A DNA stretch of 64,000 nucleotides from the IMG/VR virus record IMGVR_UViG_3300049988_000124, positions 64,001 to 128,000 of that record; one strand, written 5' to 3'. Below, piece by piece: positions 18,452 to 26,715 of the stretch (its first letter is position 1; every line of letters begins with the position of its first letter). A program made the translations under genes and the position numbers. The notes below the pieces were generated by a model that was not told the origin of the DNA, did not search any database, and saw only the letters and a list, made by a program, of their open reading frames with translations. Origin of the DNA: a virus. Its lineage: Duplodnaviria > Caudoviricetes.

Positions 18452-18634
18452 TTACATGGATACCTTAGCACAGTGGTAAGTGACGTATCGACTCTCGCCG
18501 ATGCGCTTGACGAAAATATCACCGGTAGCCTTGCAAGCTTTCTCGGTTTCAATTCGCTCCACAGTGAAAGACGTAGTTCCCGACGTCGAGCCCGCGCCAC
18601 CGCCGAGAATCACAACAATGAGAGTCCAAAGCAT
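18452..18634 (-). CDS. Small secreted/membrane protein
   Basis: Hydrophobic N-terminus; AAGGA RBS. Confidence 0.5.
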   Translation of the reverse strand: MLWTLIVVILGGGAGSTSGTTSFTVERIETEKACKATGDIFVKRIGESRYVTYHCAKVSM

Positions 18635-18653
18635 CCGTTAATCCTTCTTCAGA

Positions 18654-18854
18654 TCACGAGTTGTTCTTAACGACCATCTCGAGAGCATTCATCAGACGAT
18701 TGATCCCACTCAGGCTGAGATCAACACGACTACCATCGATGTCGACCGAGACAATAGCTCCGTCGCGAAGCTGTTGATCTTCTTCATCAGACACGGTGAT
18801 ATGATTAGAGTGATCAGACCTAAGTTGACCAACCCCGCTAATAATAACAGCCAT
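18654..18854 (-). CDS. Hypothetical protein
   Basis: ORF in operon. Confidence 0.45.
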   Translation of the reverse strand: MAVIISGVGQLRSDHSNHITVSDEEDQQLRDGAIVSVDIDGSRVDLSLSGINRLMNALEMVVKNNS

Positions 18855-18857
18855 CGG

Positions 18858-19079
18858 TTACCCTTTCTGAAGTTTGTCTTGTATTTTCTGCCTGATGACA
18901 GAGGGATCAGCAGCTCCGCCCGCAATCTTCATTCCCAAACCCACTAGCACGTTTATGGCGTTTGGGCTCGACTGCACTCGTTTAACTAAGTCAGGATTAT
19001 CTGCAAAGATGTGATCCAGCGCTGCGTCAATATCGAATGGTCGCATTTGCTTAAGTTCTTTTGGATCAGAATTAACCAC
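18858..19079 (-). CDS. Stand-alone GatB/YqeY C-terminal-like helical domain
   Basis: DHIFADNPDLVK...LVGLGMKIAGGAADPSVIRQKIQDKL resembles GatB tail (xNP...VGQVMK...GKADP...KL). Confidence 0.55.
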   Translation of the reverse strand: MVNSDPKELKQMRPFDIDAALDHIFADNPDLVKRVQSSPNAINVLVGLGMKIAGGAADPSVIRQKIQDKLQKG

Positions 19080-19093
19080 GTTAATTCTACTCC

Positions 19094-19486
19094 TTACTTC
19101 TGAGCAACGTCCATGACAGCGGGGAGCGGTTCTGCGCGCTTACCAACAGGAACGCTTACCTTCTCGGTGTAAGCATCTTCGAAAGCTCGCTGCCCATCGG
19201 GAGGAATATACCCTTTGGTATAACGAGTTAAGTACAAGTCGAGTTTTCGCTCAACTTGATTGACCTTTCGCACCATATCAGCGGCAACGTCGGCCACCTT
19301 TTCACCAGGTTTGACGTTGATGTTACCGAACCATGTCGCGAGTTCGCCGTCTGTTGTCTGAAATTCGGCCCTGATGTGCCACCAATTGGATGGTTCTTCC
19401 ATCACCGAGTCGTCCGGCATAAAGCCTCCATCCTCGTCAATTGTACCAATGCTACCCACTGATGATCTCCTCAGTATACCGAACAA
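19094..19486 (-). CDS. Hypothetical protein
   Basis: 130 aa ORF. Confidence 0.5.
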   Translation of the reverse strand: MFGILRRSSVGSIGTIDEDGGFMPDDSVMEEPSNWWHIRAEFQTTDGELATWFGNINVKPGEKVADVAADMVRKVNQVERKLDLYLTRYTKGYIPPDGQRAFEDAYTEKVSVPVGKRAEPLPAVMDVAQK

Positions 19487-20019
19487 CCGTACTCATCGAT
19501 CGAACCCCAACGAATCCGTTCCAAGAGTCGCTGAACCTTCTGCTCGAGAACAGCGAAGCCAATGAGGTAACGCTGCTCGGATAGAGGTGCATTGCGAAAG
19601 GGGGTGTATTCGCTTGGTGTGTACAAAGACCGACCTCGGTAAGGCTTTGCGTAACGACGACAGGTACGATCCGACTCGGATGCATCGATCGACTTTTGGC
19701 GTAGCCTAGCAGCTAGCTCAGGCGAGCACTCGCGGTGCGACTCTTGTGCCTCGCGGGCTACCTGATTGTGTTCGTACTGCTTGCCCTTGGTGTGGCTCTT
19801 CCAGTTCTTGTGATCGTCCTTGCGACCACGACCACCCCAGCGACCGCCGCGCCAGTTGCCAGTGGGATGAGCACCGGTCCGAAGACCCATCGCTACTTCC
19901 TTACCGCCGGAGAGAAAGTGGCTAGCACCTCGCTCTTCGATGTTGGTCATCTCAGCATCCGGATTATACCGGAGGCCATCGGACGGCGTGATCCGCCTTC
20001 TTCCTGACCCTTTACTCAT
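19471..20019 (-). CDS. Basic hypothetical protein
   Basis: AGGA RBS; R/G-rich segment. Confidence 0.5.
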   Translation of the reverse strand: MSKGSGRRRITPSDGLRYNPDAEMTNIEERGASHFLSGGKEVAMGLRTGAHPTGNWRGGRWGGRGRKDDHKNWKSHTKGKQYEHNQVAREAQESHRECSPELAARLRQKSIDASESDRTCRRYAKPYRGRSLYTPSEYTPFRNAPLSEQRYLIGFAVLEQKVQRLLERIRWGSIDEYGCSVY

Positions 20020-20022
20020 GAT

Positions 20023-20463
20023 TCATTCCTTTCTTGGAAACAGTTTGGGGTTCGCTTTCTTCCAGCACGGAATACAGAGAAAACCCGGAAAGCGCTTACT
20101 GCGAATACCTAGCCACAAGAATCCTCCACGGACCTCACGGACGTTGCGTAGGTGAACGTTCTCGGTCGTACCGCAGTCCTCGCACCTGATCGGGGGAACA
20201 GGGCCGTCGGTAAACCCTAGAACGAAGAGCTCATCCTTGGGCATTCCGTCGAGACGACCACGAACGATGTGGGTGTCATTCCACCCGATCCGATCATCGC
20301 TAGCGTAAGGCTCCACGACAATAGAGTCTCGGATGAGTACCGCGTTGAAGGATGCGAGATCGGAGGCCAAGTAGGCCTCTAGGCGATGACGATCCCTGAA
20401 ATACTGAACCGTCTTCATGCTGTCATCGAGACTACCACGATGATCTCTGTAGAGAAAGCCCAT
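20023..20463 (-). CDS. Hypothetical protein with C-terminal Zn ribbon
   Basis: CEDCG...CIPC. Confidence 0.55.
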   Translation of the reverse strand: MGFLYRDHRGSLDDSMKTVQYFRDRHRLEAYLASDLASFNAVLIRDSIVVEPYASDDRIGWNDTHIVRGRLDGMPKDELFVLGFTDGPVPPIRCEDCGTTENVHLRNVREVRGGFLWLGIRSKRFPGFLCIPCWKKANPKLFPRKE

Positions 20464-20478
20464 GGCTTTATCCTTTTC

Positions 20479-20703
20479 TTATCGCTGACCAGCGTAGCGG
20501 TCGAAGCGGCGAAGCCAGACACCGAACATCTCATTGTCTCGCGTGTCCCGCACAGGGAGCTCCTGTAGCTCACCCGCCTGGTCATAGAGCTTCAGGATCA
20601 AGGCATCACCTCGGCGCTCGAATGGATGGGAGGGAACCATGGCTCCAGCCACGAACTCCACGGTACCCTCATCATCGGCCGTTAGGTGAAGATCACCCTT
20701 CAT
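20479..20703 (-). CDS. Hypothetical protein
   Basis: Coupled ORF. Confidence 0.5.
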   Translation of the reverse strand: MKGDLHLTADDEGTVEFVAGAMVPSHPFERRGDALILKLYDQAGELQELPVRDTRDNEMFGVWLRRFDRYAGQR

Positions 20704-20930
20704 CGCACAGGGCGATCTGTTACGTTAACGATGGCGACTCCCACGCTACCCTGAGGCATGATCGAGGCTATGGAACTGGAACGATTCCAATCCCAGCCGG
20801 AAAGCTTGAGGTCTTTATCCATGCTGTTGAGCGCCATGGAAACCTTGCCGAGTTCGGCGACTGCTGCCTTGGCGCGGTTCTCAAGTGCGATGAGCTTGCG
20901 AGCGTTTTCCAGTTCTACTGCTGCCGACAT
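20700..20930 (-). CDS. Hypothetical protein
   Basis: Start MSAAVELE by TAATG coupling. Confidence 0.5.
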   Translation of the reverse strand: MSAAVELENARKLIALENRAKAAVAELGKVSMALNSMDKDLKLSGWDWNRSSSIASIMPQGSVGVAIVNVTDRPVR

Positions 20931-21043
20931 TACGAATGTCCTTTCCAAATAAAGAGATAGATCACGAGAATGAGAACAATCCCGATGATCGACAAGGAAA
21001 ACACAGGGGAATGTTTTTGATCTGGGTCTTTCAAGTTAACCAT
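20930..21043 (-). CDS. Small single-pass membrane peptide (37 aa, not in ORF track)
   Basis: MVNLKDPDQKHSPVFSLSIIGIVLILVIYLFIWKGHS; AAAGGA RBS. Confidence 0.5.
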   Translation of the reverse strand: MVNLKDPDQKHSPVFSLSIIGIVLILVIYLFIWKGHS

Positions 21044-21173
21044 CGGGATAATCCTTTATTAGTTATCTTTGGAGGAGCAAGGACATCATTTCTGCTAGCA
21101 TAATGAATGACAGCAGAAACAAAGCCCAATCTCTTTTGGTGACCGATTTAAACTCTTCAGTCATTGATATCTC

Positions 21174-21938
21174 CTACCGATGACGCTTGTTGATGGGATG
21201 CACAGCCTTGCGCTGACGCTTGCGCTGCTTGCGCGTCTTTTCCTTGCAGAACATGTGACCAAACATCACGCCGATGATGGTCATGTCGTTGATCCAATAC
21301 GGGTAAGGCCGCATGCTCTCTGCGAAGTAGAAGGTCGCACCACCGGTCATGTCCTTGCTGATTCCAGCGAGGATTTCCCCGGCGATCTTGTCGGCCTTCA
21401 TGAACGCGATCCAGTCAGGATTATTCTCATCCATCGTGGGCAGCTTGGTCATGTGAAGCTTGTTGGGATCGTTCTTGTTGTGGCAGCTGAACTGCTTACG
21501 CTTGTAGCAAACGCCGTGAATGCCGAAGCCGAAGCGCTTCTTATCAGCCTTGACCCGGTTCATGATCACGTGACCCACAGCACGCATGCCGTTGGTACCG
21601 TAGCCACGCGCCTCACCCCAGATGGTGAGGGCCAGGTCCCGGCGATTACCCGGCGTGTCATAGGTGCGCTGAGCACGCAGACTGCGTGACTTCAGACGCG
21701 TCTTGTGCTTGGTCTTGGACCCTTTGGTCCGCTTCCGCCACTGATCCTGTGACCGCTTATAAGGCGGCTGTGCCCGCAGTAAACGCTGACGGTTACGAGG
21801 AGGAACAATCTGGGTACGACACGGATGATTGGTGTCGCACGCCTTCGCGAACGCTTCAGTGGAAATCAGAGCAACGGCTCCGACTGCGACGCCTGTCCCC
21901 ATGCGAGCAAGGAGCATACGGCGAGAAAGCATAGTCAT
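21174..21938 (-). CDS. SleB/Hydrolase_2 cell wall hydrolase with twin-arginine signal
   Basis: LALTIWGEARG...AVGHVIMNRV...QFSC...GATFY...GHMF; N-terminal LSRRMLL...AFA. Confidence 0.85.
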   Translation of the reverse strand: MTMLSRRMLLARMGTGVAVGAVALISTEAFAKACDTNHPCRTQIVPPRNRQRLLRAQPPYKRSQDQWRKRTKGSKTKHKTRLKSRSLRAQRTYDTPGNRRDLALTIWGEARGYGTNGMRAVGHVIMNRVKADKKRFGFGIHGVCYKRKQFSCHNKNDPNKLHMTKLPTMDENNPDWIAFMKADKIAGEILAGISKDMTGGATFYFAESMRPYPYWINDMTIIGVMFGHMFCKEKTRKQRKRQRKAVHPINKRHR

Positions 21939-21999
21939 GTGTAAAAACCCTTTGGTATAGGCGTCGATGTAGATAGTCGACGCAGATTGGAACGAGCGC

Positions 22000-22308
22000 T
22001 TACTTGCGCTTCTTTTCCTTCAGTTCGAGATCGTAACCGTAGACCCGGAGGATCTCGCCGAGGTCCTTGATTCTGATGTCGGCATCGTCCGCGAAGAAGC
22101 GCTTGACCTTCTTCTTGGACCAGCCCATCTTGACAGCGAAGTGCTTGCGCTGTACTTTGAACAGGCGACGCGTCTGCTTGGGATCGGTTTCCTCGCACTC
22201 GCGAGGATTACCGTGCGCTTGATTGAGCACCTTCTGGACGAGCACTTGTGCATCGACCAAGGCGGTCTCACGAGCGTAGAGACGCTGGTCAATAGGGAAT
22301 TCAGTCAT
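22000..22308 (-). CDS. Putative XRE-like HTH DNA-binding protein
   Basis: RKHFAVKMGWSKKKVKRFF...IRIKDLGEILRVYGYDLEL. Confidence 0.55.
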   Translation of the reverse strand: MTEFPIDQRLYARETALVDAQVLVQKVLNQAHGNPRECEETDPKQTRRLFKVQRKHFAVKMGWSKKKVKRFFADDADIRIKDLGEILRVYGYDLELKEKKRK

Positions 22309-22321
22309 GGCGGAAATACCC

Positions 22322-22852
22322 TTACGAGAACAGATCGAGCTCGAGGCTGACCGGTTTGTCGGTGATGATCACGGTTGCTCCGCGATCTACGATTGCGTAG
22401 AGCTTCTCGGCGAAAGCATGGGGGAGATGGACACAGCCATGGCTGGTCGTGCGACCAGGCGTCGAGCCGCTGTGAAGAGCAACACCGTCGTTGTTGATCC
22501 ACATCGTCCAGGGCATGTCAGCCTTGTACTTCTTGGACCAGTGATTGTCTTCCTTGCCCAGGATGGTGAAACGCCCGGTCGGGGTCTCATAGCCGTCCTT
22601 GCCCGAGGAGATGTTGGTGATGCCGACCAGGATGTTGCCACGCATGACGTAGGCCATCTGGGTTAGGAGATTGATGCGCACGGTGACCTTACCGGTGAGA
22701 CCGGCATCATCGTCCCAGCCGAAATCACCGGGAGCCAGGATCGAGCGCTCGTGGAGCGTGCCCATCATGTCCTCGGAGACCGGACGGGCAGATGCCACCG
22801 TCGCGGTGAGCGACAGGGCAATGGTAGCGGCAATGGCGAAAAACTTGTTCAT
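22322..22852 (-). CDS. L,D-transpeptidase (YkuD family), secreted
   Basis: Sec signal; ISSGKDGYETPTGRF; ALHSG...SHGCVHL catalytic motif. Confidence 0.9.
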   Translation of the reverse strand: MNKFFAIAATIALSLTATVASARPVSEDMMGTLHERSILAPGDFGWDDDAGLTGKVTVRINLLTQMAYVMRGNILVGITNISSGKDGYETPTGRFTILGKEDNHWSKKYKADMPWTMWINNDGVALHSGSTPGRTTSHGCVHLPHAFAEKLYAIVDRGATVIITDKPVSLELDLFS

Positions 22853-22891
22853 AGGAAAACCCTTTCTAGGTTATTAATGATTTACAAAGGT

Positions 22892-22924
22892 GGTAACCCC
22901 AGGGCCTTAAGCCCTGAGGGTACC
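22892..22924. terminator. Intergenic hairpin
   Basis: ggtaaccccagggc / gccctgagggtacc, imperfect. Confidence 0.55.
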
Positions 22925-22939
22925 GGATGAGTGATGATG

Positions 22940-23389
22940 TTAATACATCCGCTCGACGCGGACACGAAAGCGAGTACCACTGTGATCTTCCAGAACGAAT
23001 GAAGGACACGGTCCCTCGCTCTTGAAGACTTGGTAATGCTCACTGGTCTGCGGATTGGTGTTGATGACATTCGCGATTCGCTCCGCGAGCGCGCTTGTCT
23101 CAGGGTTGGGGGTGTCGTCGTTCCTGACAGCTGGAGGCGTGAGTGTCTTGGGAATACCAAGTGCATCACACAACTCACTAGCAGAGCGGTACCCGACACC
23201 AGGAGTGCGCATGAGCTCACGCCAGGTGAGTCGTTGTTCTTCGTCCTGAATCGGATAGCGAAGGATGGCGGTGTTGATACGGCGACACGTGGTACCCGAC
23301 AGCGTCACCAGACGATCAGGTGTGACCCCGATCGTCTTGGCTAGTCTTGCACGCTTCTGCGCATCATTCTCTTTGGGATGAAGGCTCAT
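22940..23389 (-). CDS. Protein with RNA polymerase alpha-CTD-like domain
   Basis: CRRINTAI...IQD...ELMRTPGVGYRSASELCDAL versus alpha-CTD VRSANCL...IGD...[20 protein letters not shown]. Confidence 0.6.
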   Translation of the reverse strand: MSLHPKENDAQKRARLAKTIGVTPDRLVTLSGTTCRRINTAILRYPIQDEEQRLTWRELMRTPGVGYRSASELCDALGIPKTLTPPAVRNDDTPNPETSALAERIANVINTNPQTSEHYQVFKSEGPCPSFVLEDHSGTRFRVRVERMY

Positions 23390-23820
23390 CGTGAAACCTT
23401 CTTGGTCAGTCGATCATCTACCCAGAGTTGGAGAGCGAGCAAGACGCCGATGAGTGCCCCCGTGAATGCTGCAACGATCGTCAAGACACCGAATGCCAGC
23501 ATGGCTTGTCCAGCGCTCATGTCAGCGAACATCCATTTACCCGGTTGTACCACGAAAGTGAAGATCAGCCACATGAAGAGGCCAACAACAGCACCGACCG
23601 ATCCGTAACTCCACTGAATCTCAGACTTCGACACTGCCGTTGTTTGTTTCCTAGTCAGTGCCTTTCTGACCTGTTCCTCGGCGTAATTCTCCATGGCCGG
23701 AAGAACCATGCCAGGAGAAAGATAACATTCTAGATCATGAGTCTTGTCCATGATCTTACCGGTGTTCATCATGTCCTGAAGGACATAACGGGCTTCTTCG
23801 TGAGAAATCTTCTCAGGCAT
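23386..23820 (-). CDS. Membrane protein (2 TM)
   Basis: Two C-terminal hydrophobic segments. Confidence 0.6.
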   Translation of the reverse strand: MPEKISHEEARYVLQDMMNTGKIMDKTHDLECYLSPGMVLPAMENYAEEQVRKALTRKQTTAVSKSEIQWSYGSVGAVVGLFMWLIFTFVVQPGKWMFADMSAGQAMLAFGVLTIVAAFTGALIGVLLALQLWVDDRLTKKVSR

Positions 23821-23832
23821 TGAAATATCCTC

Positions 23833-24495
23833 TCATTGATCATAGGCAAAAGCAAACGAGTCCCAGAAGTAAGAACGCTCTTCTCCCTTGACTGGTTTCC
23901 ATTCGCCCTTGGGAAGTTTACCGAAGTGCTTCTCTGCTTCTTCCTGAGCTTCAGCGCGATAGGATCTGATAACCGCGAACTCAACTTTCCACTGTCCCTC
24001 GACACGAAATCGAAATTCGACAGGATCAGGAGCCGACAGATCATCGGGCTCACCTACCGGAGAAAGTACGCCTCCTTTGCTAACTTTCTGGAGGCCGTAG
24101 TTGCTGTTACTCCCACTTCCGTAGGTTCCTCCTACTTCGTGTACGATCTCACCGGTGTAGAGATCAACCACGTGCCACCAGTGAAATGCGTCATAATTCT
24201 CTTTGTATTCTTCGGTTAGTTCGACACCGATTTCGATTGCTCGTTCCTGGGTGTCGGCACTACCGACTAGATCATTGAAGCCACCACGGGAGTAGTAATT
24301 GGCTCCACCCAAAATAGCAAAACGCTTCATGGGACGCTCGCGGTCGATGAGACCTTTGTGAGCGAGGATGGCAGCAATCCCGGCGCGTTGACTGTACTCA
24401 CTGCGATTACCAGCCACGGCGATGAGTGAAGCCTGAGCGCGTTTGCGCTCAGGATCAGTCTCGATAGGTTTGGGGTTGAGGTTGAAGTCAGTCAT
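23833..24495 (-). CDS. Hypothetical protein
   Basis: NYYSRGGFNDL...WWHVVD phage-type motif. Confidence 0.6.
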   Translation of the reverse strand: MTDFNLNPKPIETDPERKRAQASLIAVAGNRSEYSQRAGIAAILAHKGLIDRERPMKRFAILGGANYYSRGGFNDLVGSADTQERAIEIGVELTEEYKENYDAFHWWHVVDLYTGEIVHEVGGTYGSGSNSNYGLQKVSKGGVLSPVGEPDDLSAPDPVEFRFRVEGQWKVEFAVIRSYRAEAQEEAEKHFGKLPKGEWKPVKGEERSYFWDSFAFAYDQ

Positions 24496-24540
24496 AGCTA
24501 GTGACCTCCGAAGATGTGGGATGAGGTAGTTATTCTTTAA

Positions 24541-25134
24541 TCAATACTGGCAAGTGTGCTCAATCGTCGTGATCCGGTCGAACTCGAAGGGACCAGGACG
24601 CTCGAAACGCTTGGTCATGTTACCAACAACCAACCGCGAGAAAGGACGACCCGTCTCATCGAAGCGCGCTTGGAGGCGCTCGTAGAGAAGGTTCATGGGG
24701 CATGTGAAAATAAGACCGATCTTCTGGTACGTGTCAGGCAAGCGCAAGAGGAGATCACTGCGATCATCCTCGGTCAGGTTGTGGCGATCGATGATGATGT
24801 CGCGGCGCACGCCGAGGGCTGCACTAAAGAGTTCCTGACTCATGCGCTGCTGCTCCTCGCGGTCGACGCGCTCGACGACCTCGGCGTAGCTCTCACCAGT
24901 GCGACGACATTCCTGATCGATCAGGTCATCCTCGCAAATAAGGGTGGGATAGACGCCCTTCCATTTACGAAGAGCAGAGCTTACCCAGCGGGACTTACCA
25001 GAACCAGGCAGTCCCATGAGAACGTAGCAGCGATTGGTGAAGCGACCATCGGTCTCCACCGGGGTGGGATCAGCGCGCGGTGCTTCAATAATCTTGTTAA
25101 CCGGACGCCGGAGCGTCAGTGTACCTTTACTCAT
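24541..25134 (-). CDS. P-loop kinase (AAA_33 / polynucleotide kinase-like)
   Basis: LMGLPGSGKS; IIIDRHN; ERLQAR; FERP...EFD. Confidence 0.8.
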   Translation of the reverse strand: MSKGTLTLRRPVNKIIEAPRADPTPVETDGRFTNRCYVLMGLPGSGKSRWVSSALRKWKGVYPTLICEDDLIDQECRRTGESYAEVVERVDREEQQRMSQELFSAALGVRRDIIIDRHNLTEDDRSDLLLRLPDTYQKIGLIFTCPMNLLYERLQARFDETGRPFSRLVVGNMTKRFERPGPFEFDRITTIEHTCQY

Positions 25135-25231
25135 GGCGTGTTACTCCTTCTGTAGAATGGTTAACAAACATGTTAAATTATACTTGGTACATTCTAGCAT
25201 CAAGTATGATCAAATATGTCTGCACGGGGAG

Positions 25232-25259
25232 ACTAGGGGTGCTTGACTGCACCCCTAGT
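25232..25259. terminator. Intergenic hairpin
   Basis: actaggggtgc-ttgact-gcacccctagt. Confidence 0.7.
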
Positions 25260-25262
25260 AAC

Positions 25263-25787
25263 TTAGACCTTGATGATGTCCCGTTGACGTGGAACCTCGA
25301 GCACCGGCACGGGGTCAAGAGAAGAGACGTCCAGCGGCTGGAGGTGGAGGTCGATGATCGCATTTTCACTATGGCGGGTCACCTCCACGAGGAGGAGCTG
25401 CCAGTAGAAGCGCCACATGTACTGCACGTCCTGGACGTGCTTGCTGTGAAGATCGGCCCGGTCAAGAATTGATTTCACGATGACATCATTGTGACGAGCT
25501 CGCAGTACCCACTTACCACCGGCTCTCTCGCCCAAGTAGGACTCGGGTCCGTGGAGCCAGTAGTTATTACCCCAGTCAGTGAAGCACTGATCCTTGGCGT
25601 TCCAGTGGACTTCCTTGTCGCCCGAGGAACCGTCGGGAAACGTGAGGGTGATGTGGGAGCCGATCGCGAGGCGGTGCTGTGCGGCCCAGAGAATGTCTTT
25701 CTTGGCCCCCATTGCTTCGATCGAGTATGCGCCGGTCTTACCGTGCGCTTCCGAGTAGCGCATCGTAGCTGCGGTGATGCTCTTCAT
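25263..25787 (-). CDS. Hypothetical protein
   Basis: GGAG RBS; follows early-type motif. Confidence 0.6.
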   Translation of the reverse strand: MKSITAATMRYSEAHGKTGAYSIEAMGAKKDILWAAQHRLAIGSHITLTFPDGSSGDKEVHWNAKDQCFTDWGNNYWLHGPESYLGERAGGKWVLRARHNDVIVKSILDRADLHSKHVQDVQYMWRFYWQLLLVEVTRHSENAIIDLHLQPLDVSSLDPVPVLEVPRQRDIIKV

Positions 25788-25844
25788 GATAGTTCTCCTT
25801 GGAAAAACAAAGATAATAAGGAAGGTAGACTCCCTATCACGTGA

Positions 25845-25868
25845 GTAATATATCGACCAATCTAGATG
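25845..25868 (-). promoter_or_regulatory. Putative early promoter CATC-N12-TATATTAC
   Basis: 58 nt upstream of 25787 start. Confidence 0.5.
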
Positions 25869-25870
25869 AA

Positions 25871-26236
25871 CTAGCCACCGTAATCGACAGCAACGATACG
25901 ACCATCCAAGAGACCAAAGCTATCGGCTTTCATCTCGATAGGTAGACCTTGTCGAAACTCAAGTACATCTAAGTTCTTGAACAGATCAAGAGGCAGCGGT
26001 TCTGCTCGTCTCGCAATTAGCACCGATCCGTCTTTCTTTGACCACAACACTGGACAAAGCTTGTCGGGATGAAGAACAGAAAGCCGCGCTTCTGTGAGGT
26101 TAGCTCGTCTACCGTGATTATTCTTCAGAAGAACACCGTCATCGGGTCTGGCTATCTTTACTACCGTGTGTTCCAGCAAGATCACTATTCTGGTAAGACC
26201 AGAGGTGATCCGGCGTGGTTTGAACTCAGGTTGCAT
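25871..26236 (-). CDS. Minimal protein-kinase-like fold protein
   Basis: VVKIA, NxxE, EMKADSFG, VDYG in kinase order. Confidence 0.45.
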   Translation of the reverse strand: MQPEFKPRRITSGLTRIVILLEHTVVKIARPDDGVLLKNNHGRRANLTEARLSVLHPDKLCPVLWSKKDGSVLIARRAEPLPLDLFKNLDVLEFRQGLPIEMKADSFGLLDGRIVAVDYGG

Positions 26237-26597
26237 CAGCGAGGTGACGAGTGACGACGTCAACCGCTTTCAGCGCACCCCTCGATGTAGGAGTGACCAT
26301 GGTGGGTTGTCCAGCCATATACGCCTTGGCGGATAGGACATTGATCACCCACCCGATCTGCTGCTCCCGCATACTGAAATAGGGAAGTCGGTCATCTTGA
26401 TCCATGCGAAGATCGTTGGTGATGGACTTGGCTTTGAAGAAGAGTTCCTCGAGCTCAGCGTCTGACTTACCTCGACATTCCTCGAAGCCTTTCAGTCCAC
26501 CTTCTTTCTTCAGCTGTTGATCAGGTCTGGTATACGTGTCGTTGATTTCCTTGATGCCGTCATCAATGACAGCGGTGAGAAAGATTACGCGGTCCAT
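26226..26597 (-). CDS. Hypothetical protein
   Basis: 123 aa ORF. Confidence 0.55.
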   Translation of the reverse strand: MDRVIFLTAVIDDGIKEINDTYTRPDQQLKKEGGLKGFEECRGKSDAELEELFFKAKSITNDLRMDQDDRLPYFSMREQQIGWVINVLSAKAYMAGQPTMVTPTSRGALKAVDVVTRHLADAT

Positions 26598-26640
26598 CTC
26601 TAAGCTATCCTCTCTCTTGTTGAAAAAAACGGTGACAAAG

Positions 26641-26705
26641 TAGGTAGGTCGGAATTCCGACCTACCTATAACAAGCTAGGGTCCCTTGGAATTTCAAGGG
26701 ACCTA
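26641..26705. terminator. Tandem hairpins
   Basis: taggtaggtcgg-aatt-ccgacctaccta then tcccttg-gaattt-caaggga. Confidence 0.65.
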
Positions 26706-26715
26706 AGTGTTACCA

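Noticed and set aside
25161-25176. TTAA-N8-TTAA as a CtrA box
   Set aside because: Spacing is 8, not the required 7
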